Assembly: GCA_023213395.1 (NCBI GenBank)
Contig: CM041465.1
Coordinates: forward strand, 204,979,741 to 205,043,740
Direction of reading: 5' to 3'
Length of the DNA: 64,000 nucleotides
Source: Cycas panzhihuaensis
Lineage: Eukaryota > Plantae > Cycadophyta
Both the position numbers and the translations under genes were made by a program. Positions 12,120 through 22,354 of the stretch are shown here, one piece after another (within the stretch, counting starts at the first letter, position 1; each line of letters starts with the position of its first letter). The notes beneath the pieces are model-generated. The model ran no database searches. It saw only the letters and a list, made by a program, of their open reading frames with translations, and was not told the origin of the DNA.

Positions 12120-15100
12120 CCATCTTTGAATTTTACAAATTTTTCTCTACCAAGAGGCTTGGTAAAGATATCTGTTGTCTATTTCTCTGTAGGTCTGTAC
12201 TAGAGGTTGATCTCACCATTCTGCACATGCTCTCTGATGAAGTGATGATGAACCTCGATGTGTTTGGTCCGTACATGAAAAACGGGATTTTTGGCTAACT
12301 TGAATACACTTTGATTGTCACAGCATATCTTGGTGGGGTGATTTTGCTCAAGTCCAAGCTTCCCAAGAATCTGTTGTAGCCAGATAGCCTCACAAGCTAC
12401 GCTGACAACAACTTTGTATTCTGCTTCAGTGGAGGACAAGGTAACATTGGGTTGCTTCTTGCAACTTCACGAAACAGCTCCTGAACCAAGAGTAAAGCAG
12501 TAACCTGAGGTGGATTTCCGGCTATCCTGACAACCTGTCTAATCAGAATCTGAGAACCCTTCCAAGACAAAGTCCTCATTATGTGCATACTGAAGACCAT
12601 GTTGCAATGTTCCTTTGATGTATTTGAGTATGCATTTTGCTGCATTCCAATGTTTCTGATTGGGTTGAGACATGTATCGAGAACAAATTCTAGTTGCAAA
12701 TGAAATATCCGGTCGAGTGTTGGTGAGATAGATGAGGCTACCAATCAACTGCTGGTAAAGAGTGGGATCTGCAGGTTCAGCTTCCTCATTAAGAGTAAGC
12801 TTTGTTCCATTTTCCATAGGTGTTGGTGCTGGTTTGCAATCATGCATCCTGAACCTCTGCAAAATGTCCCAAGAATATTTTACTTGGGATATGAAGATAG
12901 ATCTAGGCTGTTGCCACACCTCAAAGCTTAGAAAATAATGTAGTAGTCCAAGATCTATCATCTCAAAGGTTCTCTTCAAATCATCCTGGAGAATGTGTAT
13001 CATCTTAGTGTCATTACCAGTGATCACTAAGTCATCAACATACAAGACAATAAAAATGGCATGGTCTTTCTCAACTTTGATGTACAAGTTGGCGTCTGAT
13101 GTGGATCGATGAAAATCATGTCTCAAAAAATAATCATCGATTTTGGAGTACCATGCCCGAGGAGCTTGTTTCAAGCCATATAAAGCCTTTTTCAGACGAT
13201 AAATCAAGTGCTCCTTGCCTTGTGGTTTGTAACCAGGAGATTGTTCCAAATATACCTCCTCTTGAAGATCGCCATTGAGAAAGGCGCTCTTCACATCCAT
13301 CTGATATGCGGGCCATTTACATTGAGCAACTAAAGCCAAGATGAGTCTGATGGTATTCATATTAGCAATAGGTGCAAAAGTCTCTTCATAGTCAATGTCT
13401 TCTTTTTGTTTGAACCCTTTTGCAATAAGTCGCGCCTTATGGTGCTTGAGTGTACCATCAGAATGAAATTTGGTCATGTAGATCCATTTGCAACTGATTG
13501 CCTGTTTATGCTTAGGCAATTCTACCAAATCCCATGTTCCATTCTTTTCAATAGAATGGATTTCTTCATCCATAACAGTTTTCCAATTAGCATTTTGAGA
13601 TGCCTCCTTAAAGGTGGAGGGCTTATCAACACAAAGTACATTAGCCATGAGTGCATAATTGGTTTGTTGCCTATATTTTGATGGACGCTTTCCTTCAATA
13701 GTCTGACTGTCTTGAGTGATGTGACTTGAACCTCAATGTCTTCTGGTCTGAGTGATGGATCAAAAGACGATGTGCTAGGATCAAGTGGAGTAGTATATGT
13801 TGATGTAGATGGTCCAGCTGGTGCAGATGGTGTACATGATGTGGAAGATTGAGAGGGAATGAAGTACTCAACAATCTTCTTATCTTTATCAAGAGGAGGT
13901 TGGAAGGATGCAATTTTCAACTCCTAAGGCTCTTCTTCAACAAAGATTACATCTCTTGAGTGATGCATTTTCTTTTCAATGGGATCATACAACTTGTAAG
14001 CTTTACCATGAATGGCATAGCCTAGAAAGATGCATTTTAGACTATGTTTGTCTAACTTAGATCTTTGTTGATCGGGGATGCCCAAATATCCTTAAGTGAC
14101 TGACAATTGGCTTCTTACCAGACCAAGCTTCTTTTGGTGTGATGTCAGCGACTGCAGAAGTAGGACTTCGATTTGCCACATAAGCAGCTGTGTGAAATGC
14201 TTCCGCCTAATATGCTCGTGTGAGTCCTTTTGCATGCATTATTGCTTTGGCTTTGTTTGCCAAAGTCCTATTCATACGTTCAGAGACTCCATTTTGTTGA
14301 GGAGTATAAGGAGTAGTGACTTGTCTCCGAATGCCATTATCCTTGCAGAATTGAGTGAATTCGTTTGAAGTGAATTCACCTCTATTATCTGACCTTAGTG
14401 TTTTGATTGTATAGCCAGATTCATTCTCTACTTCAAGTTTGAATTCCTTGAACTTCTGGAATGCTTGATTTACTTGAGGAAGTAAACCCAAACTTTGTGA
14501 GAGAAATCATCAATGAAGGAGATATAGTACAATGCACCTCCAAAAGATGTTGTGGACATAGGTCCACATAAATCAAATGTATCAGCTGCAAAGGATATGA
14601 TGCACGCCATGCTTTGCCTTTAGGAAAAGGCAATCTATGTTGTGTCTCCATTATACAAGCTTCACAAAGGCATTTAGAACCATATAGCTTGGGAAGTCCA
14701 TGCACCATGTTCTTGTTTACCATCAACTTGAGATTGTCTAAATTCAAGTGGCCTAGACGATGATGCCAAAGTTGCATCTTTATTGATGATGACGTGACAG
14801 AGTAAGCAGAATCAGAAGTTATGTTATTTGCATTCAACTTATAAAGACCATGGTCTTCATGACCAATGGCTACAATCTGATCATGCTTGTCACTGATAAC
14901 ACATTTCCCATTTTTAAACAAGATGCTCATCTATTGCTTGTCCAATTGGCTAACAGATAGCAAGTTCTTCTCCATGGAAGGAATGTAGTAGGCATCACCA
15001 TTGGGAAATGTTAAAGAAGGATTTGAAGAAGAATAAAATGAGGCAACTTTGCCTATACCAGAGATCTCCACTGATTCATTGTTGCCAAAAGTTACTGATT

Positions 15101-15180
15101 TACCATTTCCTTCTTTGATGTTTTGAAGAAGTTCTTCACTTCCAGTCATGTGTCGTGATACCCCCGAATCAATGATCTAA
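12120..15180 (-). pseudogene. copia pol (protease, GAG-pre-integrase, integrase, RT, RNase H) with stops and frameshifts
   Basis: *IIDSGVSRHMTG at ~15140-15180; LWHHRLGHLN..C..C (ORF 14433-14930); LRSDNRGEF..TPQQNGVSER (14207-14491); RT with QMDVKSAFLNG, LYGLKQAPRAW and YVDD (12539-13648); RNase H SSTEAEY..DNQS..RTKHIEV (12200-12439). Confidence 0.95.
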
Positions 15181-15255
15181 GTTTGATCAATGTCTGAAGT
15201 GTGATAAGCACAAAGTAGCTTATCCTCTTCTACAAACTGATTTATGTGGCATTGA

Positions 15256-16219
15256 TTGCCACCTCTAAACCCCCCCTTCCTCTTTGACCTCCTCGATATG
15301 CACCTCGATTTGGTTGAGGGGGATATTGTTGTTGTTGTTGGTGAAACCGTCATTGTTGAAATTGTCTTGACGAGGTCGTTGTTGTCTCTCGATGTGGTCT
15401 TTGTTGTTGTGTACGCTGAAGATCGACTTTCTTCTTTCGACAATCAGGAGCAATGTGGCCAACCTTGCCACAATAATGACAGATAACATTGGTTTTTGAA
15501 GTGCCAATGTTCATATTCCCAAACTGTTTTGTAAGTGAAGGTTTTGGAGTTTGTTTGGCCTTCAATTTGGCCGTGAAAGCTCCTAAAGTGGATGCACCAT
15601 TATCATTTTCTTTGTCATAGATTTGATCCTCTTGAAGTAACAAACTCTCTAATTGATTGAAGGTCATTGTAGAAAGAGAGCTATCTCGAGTGATAGATGA
15701 AATGAAGCCATTAAAATCTTTAGGCAAGGCTCGAAGAGTAGTGGTGACAAGTTTATCTCTTGAGGCAAGTTTGCATAAAGTATTCACTTCATTACAAATT
15801 TCTTTAATGGAAGCAAGAAATGCCGGCATAGGCTTTACATATTTTATTGAATAAAGTTTTGCTTTGACAAACAAAATACGAGCTTCATCTCGTCTTTCAT
15901 ACAAGGAGGACAAAGTGTCCCAAGCTTCCTTAGAAGTTTCAGCATTTGCAATATTTTGATCAACATTTACATCAATAACCATATACAAAAATGCCAAGGC
16001 TATTTCATCCTTGGCTTCCCAAGAAGCAACATATTCAGGATCAGGATCATCAACCACACCATCAACTTCCATAGGTACAGGCATAGGATATCGGCCAGAA
16101 ACATAGCCCCAAAGTTCATTCATCTTTAAGAGGTTTTGTGTTTGCCTCTTCCAATCTTGATAATTCTCTTGTCTTGTCAACTTGATTGTGCATGCATTGA
16201 GCATATTTAGAGCAGCCAT
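15256..16219 (-). pseudogene. copia gag (UBN2/Retrotran_gag_2-type with CCHC zinc knuckle), frameshifted near the C-terminus
   Basis: ORF 15350-16219: NY..WK....LWGYV, SKEAWDTL, LRALPKDF, CHYCGKVGHIAPDC. The tail continues in another frame. Confidence 0.92.
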
Positions 16220-16440
16220 GTTTAAGTTGTAGAAGGCTTGAAGCTAGTAGATGACTTGGAAACTCAATACTTTCGTCGCTTAAGTTCTACCTTCTAACAA
16301 AACCAACAATCCTGATCTTACTAGAAGATCCAACAATTGAATGGAGTGATGAGAGGTGGAGGACTAGGCAAAAGAGTTGGTCCAACCCTGATCTATAAAG
16401 GAGATCCAACAGTTGACCAAGCCAAATCTAGGACAAGGCA

Positions 16441-16593
16441 GGTAGGGTTGATCTGCATGGATGTACCATGCTTTCCTTGGGATTCACAGCCCCAATAACA
16501 CCCTTTTCGAACCTCCTTTCCCTCAAGCAACCTTAATTGTCGTGCACTGACCGTATGGTTGGTTGGTCCCTTAAGGAATGCACCAAGCTTAAG
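16441..16593 (-). promoter_or_regulatory. Conserved, putatively structured RNA module in the copia 5' leader (homolog at 24831-24978)
   Basis: Block conserved between two otherwise divergent leaders, with complementary arms CTTAA/TTAAG, TTG/CAA and GTGCATT/AGTGCAC on the sense strand. Confidence 0.6.
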
Positions 16594-17998
16594 GTTATTT
16601 TAGAGGCAAGGTTCGACCCTTTTTCGGGCCTCTCCAACAAGATTTTAAAGTCACTTTTTAGAAGATTAAAGTGGACTTAAGATTTATTTTACTTGGATGA
16701 TGTACTTATAAAAGGTGCTTGATTAAGCTTACAATGAAAGAAGCTTCAAAAGAAGCAATCTAGTACATCAAATGAACACTTAAAAGTGTTGTTACAATGA
16801 GCATGTAATGAAGTGAGAGTGCTATCCAAGTAAAAAATGCTTGAGTACAATGAGTTTTGAAAAAATAGTTACTTCAAAAAATGCTAAGTATTCAATGAAG
16901 CAAAGCCTTGTGATGAAAATACAAGTGGGTTCCTTTTAATGCTCAAAATTGAAGAGAAGAAGACCACTTGCGAAATGAAGACACCAAGCACCACGTGTTG
17001 GGACTTTAAAATAGTTCCAACAATCAACAAATGAAGTGATTTTATTAAGTAAAAGAAGTGTTCTTGAGCCCTTTTTTGTGACTAAGGGCAATAGGTCACC
17101 ATGCAAGGTGCCTTATGAAAGTGATAAATATCACTTTGACAAAATATTAATACTTTAAAATCACTTTAACAAGGCCTTTTTGGCACTTGTACAACATCAA
17201 ATAAGTGCTTGGAATGCCAAAATCAAAGGCTGAAATTCTAATTTTTTTTTTTTTTAAAACTTTGAGCAACAAGGACACCACGCAGGGAGCCTTAATAAGC
17301 ACTTTAAACAAGTATTTTTAATCTTCAAAGAAGAGAGAATGACTTAGCATCAACTTTTAATGAAATTACTAAGTATCAAGGAAGATTTTTAATTCCAAAA
17401 GTACAAAAAGATGTGACTTTCCTTAAGAAAATGTGAGCTAAGGTCACCATGCAAAGTGTCTTGACTGAAAAACAGCTTGATGAAGGAAAAAATATCACTT
17501 CTTAATGTGAAATGTCACTGAAACACCTTGATTTAGTCTCTTTTTCACTAAAGTGGAGTCAACATGGTTAAAAACTGAAAAAAAAACACTAAGAAAACCT
17601 TGAAATTGGCTTAAAAAGTGAATTTAATTCCTTAATGAATAAAACTTTGAGTTATAAAGTTTATAAAATAAAGAATATTCATGAGAATATTTTTAATATT
17701 ATAACCCAAAGTTAAAATTTATAAAGTTTCAAAAGAAATTTTTAGAAAAAAAGGAAGGTTCGAAAAAAACGGCGGCGCGGGCGACTTTGTGAACACACAG
17801 GCGACTCAATCTCGATGAAAACTCAACAGATCTTGATGAAAACCAATGGCCAGGGTCGCACATTCGGTACAAAGGCGTATCTTTGATTTGAGCTCTTTTC
17901 GTTGCTCCTAGATAGAGAACGAACGGCTAGAAACGTTGGTTGGGCACTCGATTGGTGAGGACTGAAACAGGTGCCGCACTCATACTAGGGTGACGTTT

Positions 17999-20472
17999 TG
18001 TAGCATTCCAAAATATGGTCAAAAGTATAGCATATGACCATTCAAATCAAAGCTCTCTGAACGACAATTTCAACGGTCCAAACGAAACTTAATTCCGACA
18101 TTTGTATCAAAAGTTATGACCATTTAAAGTTAGCCTGCCAATTTTTGGAGAAGTCCTGGCCGACTTCTATTTGTGCAGTATTAAGAATAATATCATCTTT
18201 TCTGGCCGACTTCTATTGCTATCCGTTGGCCGCCTATTTAAGGAGGATTTGTGGCCTCATTTCATCATCATCGAAGAAGTCTTGGACTGTAGTATTTTCG
18301 GCCCTTTTGAGGAGCTTTGTGGGGGGAACCTTGCCTCGAAGAGGGATTCTTTATCGTCAATAATTTGCAGGATCTTTTGGTAACGTTGTATCTATTTGCT
18401 TTATATTCATTTCATACCATTTTATATTTGTATTCAAGTGGATTTGTATAAAAGTAGAACTAGATCGCTACAAGTGGTATCAGAGCTTCATTTCGAAGGG
18501 AAAGGGCAAAGTAGAACATGAGAAGAACATGTGGAACATATAAAGCCTGAGAAAAAAATGGAGACAGATTTTTTTAATTTGGAGGATTATTAGGGCAGGA
18601 AAATATGGATAGAAGATTTTGAGTTTACGTCTGATACAGAAATGGAAGAATATGGACCATTATTAGAAATGATATTGAATGGACGAGCTTATGAGTGGTT
18701 CATTAATTGGGCTAAAGAACCTTTTCTATGGTACCAATTTTCAGAGGCGGCTACCACAGCTTTTAAAGAACATAAGCAGGGTGAGGTTCAAGCAGATGAG
18801 GAAGGGCAAGAAGAAGACATTATTGATGAGGAGATCCTAGAGGTTTTGCAAGTGCTAGAACGAGATCTAGCCCAGAGAAAACAATATGATGACGTAGAAG
18901 ACTTGGAGCATGCACAAGCAACAGAAGAGTTTCATTTCAATATCAGAGAGGAAATCCAAGGTGAAGTTACACAAGAGCAGTATAGAGACAATGAAGAACA
19001 AGCAGATTTTTCTCAACAAATCTCATGCAAGGTACCCACTGATCCTGCATTGTACATGCACATTTTGTTCGGTAGTTTTGTATGTCCTCTCTCTTTCCCT
19101 AGTTCAATAGCAATACAAGAGCCCTTCTCTCCTCAACGTATAGTTAGCCATGCTCCTAATTTTCCTAACCTTAGTTTTTTCATAGGTCAAATTATAATTC
19201 CTCTCGGTAACCCTAGTCCATCTCTTTACTCACCTACTCCTTCAACCCCTATAAACAATCATCAATAGGACACCCTTCAACTTCAATCTGTTTGTGAGGT
19301 TTCACCTCTTAGTACTATCTCTTACAAAACCCAATCTAATTTTTTCCATGCCTCTTCAATTCCATATTATCAATATTGTCTTTTTCCATTAAATCTTTTC
19401 TTTTATTTGAATACCAATTCTACAACCCTATTAAAATCTTTTTTTCATAAAGAACCTCTATCACTAATCCTCCATCCATCTTTCTCTCCCAAAAAGAGTT
19501 ATGGTTCAACAAAACTTATACGAACTTACATCTCCATCCAAGACATATTCCAAATTTTATCCTTTCTTTCTATACCTTCAAAGCTATGCTTGATCTTAGT
19601 TCACAAGTCCTCCTTTTCTTTTTCCTACAATAGGCAATCATCAATCCTTGACCCTTACAATCAATTTTGTTCCCAAAGCCTTCACGTCTTTTTCCAAAAT
19701 CCATCCCATTTGGAAACAAAAGGTGCAAATGCAAGGCAAGACCAAGACAAGACATTTGAGATACCTCGTAAGTCCCAGGATCCTTTCAATTCAGAACAAG
19801 GCGTCGCAGGTACTTGGTTCCAAGAACAAACATCGGCAAATTCAAGATGCTTGCCAGTGCAGCCCCAAAGAAGACACAAGATCGAGGCAAATCTTCATGA
19901 CCTACAGGATCTAGCAGGAGGTGGTTGGAAGATTAGACCGAGCTGTAAGCATTTCTTAATACTTCGAGGGCGAAGTATTATTTTAAGGGAAGGGGAATTG
20001 TAGCATTCCAAAATATGGTCAAAAGTATAGCATATGACCATTCAAATCAAAGCTCACTGAACGACAATTCCAACGGTCCAAACAAAACTTAATTCCGACA
20101 TTTGTATCAAAAGTTATGACCATTTAAAGTTAGCCTGCCAATTTTTGGAGAAGTCCTGGTTGACTTCTATTTGTGCAGTATTAAGAATAATATCATCTTT
20201 TCTGGCCGACTTCTATTGCTATCCGTTGGCCGCCTATTTAAGGAGGATTTGCGGCCTCATTTCATCATCATCGAAGAAGTCTTGGACTGTAGTATTTTCG
20301 GTCCTTTTGAGGAGCTTTGTGGAGGGAACCTCACCTTGAAGAGGGATTCTTTATCGTCAATAATTTGCGGGATCTTTGGGTAACGTTGTATCTATTTGCT
20401 TTATATTCATTTCATACCATTTTATATTTGTATTCAAGTGGATTTGTATAAAAGTAGAACTAGATCGCTACA
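17999..20472 (+). mobile_element. Nested 2474 bp non-autonomous LTR retrotransposon (TR-GAG/LARD-like, gypsy-derived)
   Basis: 474 bp LTRs at 17999-18472 and 19999-20472 (TG..CA, 13 mismatches counted). PBS TGGTATCAGAGC at 18475-18486, PPT AAGGGAAGGGGAA at 19985-19997. TSD CGTTT/CGTTC. No pol. Confidence 0.95.
18642..19268 (+). CDS. Divergent gag-like ORF with acidic and Pro/Ser-rich tail in the non-autonomous element
   Basis: LNGRAYEWF...W..F.EA...AF resembles the gypsy gag core. The frame extends upstream through one TAG to an ATG at ~18558. Confidence 0.5.
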   Translation: MEEYGPLLEMILNGRAYEWFINWAKEPFLWYQFSEAATTAFKEHKQGEVQADEEGQEEDIIDEEILEVLQVLERDLAQRKQYDDVEDLEHAQATEEFHFNIREEIQGEVTQEQYRDNEEQADFSQQISCKVPTDPALYMHILFGSFVCPLSFPSSIAIQEPFSPQRIVSHAPNFPNLSFFIGQIIIPLGNPSPSLYSPTPSTPINNHQ

Positions 20473-20820
20473 CGTTCGGCCACCGTACAGTTTCCGTGGG
20501 ACCCGCAGGGAGAAAAAACGGCCTTCAGAGATCACTGAAACAATATTCACACCTCAGTAGTGTGTTGGAGCTTTGGCTGGGGTTTGAGAAGATACCCAGG
20601 TCTTCAGATCAATTTAGGAGCATTTAGAAGTTGAGGGACTGTTGAGTGAGGTCCCCAAAATTCAGAGTTGAAAGATATCCCTGCAATACAAGATGTGAGT
20701 CTAAAAAATTGCTTTGGATCGCCTTCGGCGAGCGAAGGTCGTCACCAAGGAGTTATAGAGCCTAGTCTAAATCTCCTTTGGGCAGAATAAAATCAGAACA
20801 GAGGGAACTAGTCTCCTCTT

Positions 20821-20832
20821 GCTCTGATACCA
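20821..20832 (-). promoter_or_regulatory. tRNA-iMet primer binding site of the copia element
   Basis: GCTCTGATACCA two bases from the 5' LTR boundary. Confidence 0.95.
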
Positions 20833-20834
20833 AA

Positions 20835-21383
20835 TGTGAAAATAGGCCAAAGGATTAGAATGCCTAAGACTTACAAAGCCAAGATCTTGAAGATAGTTCA
20901 CCTCTAGTTCTAAATGACATAAGAGCAAAAACTTAGATAAACAAGATCAAGGAAGCAAGATGATACCAAGATGTGAGGAGGAGGAATTAGTCCTACTCTA
21001 AAGAATACCAATTGATTAGCAAAATGGTAGCATAACATTACACATCAACTCTACATGTGAGACATAAGGAGAGGTCTCAATATATAGAGTAATGGCGAGG
21101 TTACCTAACACCGTTGGATGTTTGCCAAGTGGCAAACATCCAAGGTACATGCAATGCATGGCTTGCATGTCATGCATGAGGGACATGTGTCCATTAGGCT
21201 CTCAAGTGAGCAAAAAAGCATGAGGGTCCATTTGACCCTTTAGTTACAATGTTATGTCTCTAGGATGAAAGTGGGTGGGCACTTTATCACTTAAGTGATT
21301 AGTCACCCCATAAAGTACAAAATAATGAATGAAAGAATAAAAGAATAAAGTACATACTTAACATGTAAACATAAGGTTTAACA
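20835..21383 (-). repeat. 5' LTR of the copia element
   Basis: Matches 11533-12079; adjacent to the PBS and the TSD. Confidence 0.97.
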
Positions 21384-22354
21384 CTCTCAACCAAAACTTT
21401 TGGAACTTTATCACCATGATCGTTTTCTTAGGCTATATCAAACCTTGTTGAAACCTGTCTGTTTGGACGAATGGCATGACTCAATCTGCAGACTACGATC
21501 CTCTTGGGGTCAGTCATAGCAAGAACATATTGATGACTCCCTAATGTAGATCAACTTTCTTCATTCTTGTCAAGCACATACCAGGGCCCTCAAAGAGCAA
21601 AGGAGGCCATCAAACTAGTAACCATAAAATGGTGGCTTCGACCATTGAGGAAGGACATTGACCATCATTTGGGAAGAGTATGAGAGAACAATTGTGTACC
21701 ATTTTTATTCATGATGGAATCAAGCATTGGGATAGGCATACTTCTCGAGACTTGAATCCATCACAGTTGGAATGCTGAACAATGAACAATGGACTAGTTA
21801 GTTGCTAAGGAGGCTTAGAGTTGCTTCACACTGGTTGATTAATTAAGCTAATACCTAATATGTGCTGTAACAACTCTTCACACAGGATTCAGTTATTGAT
21901 TCTGTTAAGATAGTAGCTATTTCATCTCACTGACATATTGTGAAAAGAGCAAGAAAGCTAAGGTAACCATCTAGGTATTTGAAGACACAAGTTGATTCTA
22001 TTTTAACTACCTCTCACAGCTGATGCTTATGAATTTTAGTAAGCTGCTGTGATGCTAATCACAACAATGTTTCCTGATTGTTTGTAATAGGGTATGTAAA
22101 TGGCAAAGCATTTTATGTAGCCTTGTTTTATTTTTTTTCAAGTGTGAAGAAAAATGAAACTTTAATTGAAATAATTTTACTCGTATGTCAATTAATTTTA
22201 TTAGTGAGTGCAAAGTGGCTCTTAATTGATATGCCTCACGCAAGATGTTATTTTTTGTCACTTATTTCTGATTTTCATGATAGCTGTTCTACCTTGGTAA
22301 ATGAAACAAATGCAACAAGATGGAGGAATTGCAATTATTTGCATTTTATTGATT

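Larger units (their letters stand above)
11533..21383 (-). mobile_element. Full-length Ty1/copia LTR retrotransposon (pseudogenised) with CTCTC TSD and a nested insertion
   Basis: LTRs 11533-12079 and 20835-21383 (TG...CA, ~97-98% identical by eye). TSD CTCTC at 11528-11532 and 21384-21388. PBS at 20821-20832, PPT at 12080-12090. Domain order gag-PR-INT-RT-RH. Confidence 0.97.

Noticed and set aside
17093-17462. CRISPR-like repeat-spacer array
   Set aside because: Repeats are degenerate, spacers are ~150 bp, there are no cas genes, and the context is a plant retrotransposon.
17999-20472. Exactly 2000-bp offset between the two LTRs, suggesting an assembly artefact or artificial insert
   Set aside because: The copies differ at 13 mostly transition sites and have a proper PBS, PPT and TSD, so the round number is best read as coincidence.
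18145-20627. Short ORFs inside the nested element's LTRs and other 60-130 aa ORFs across the window
   Set aside because: They are LTR-internal, antisense or alternative-frame by-products of TE sequence with no independent gene evidence.
21389-21840. Possible gene fragment split by the copia insertion (continuing 11400-11532)
   Set aside because: All frames tried contain stops and no recognisable motif; left unassigned.
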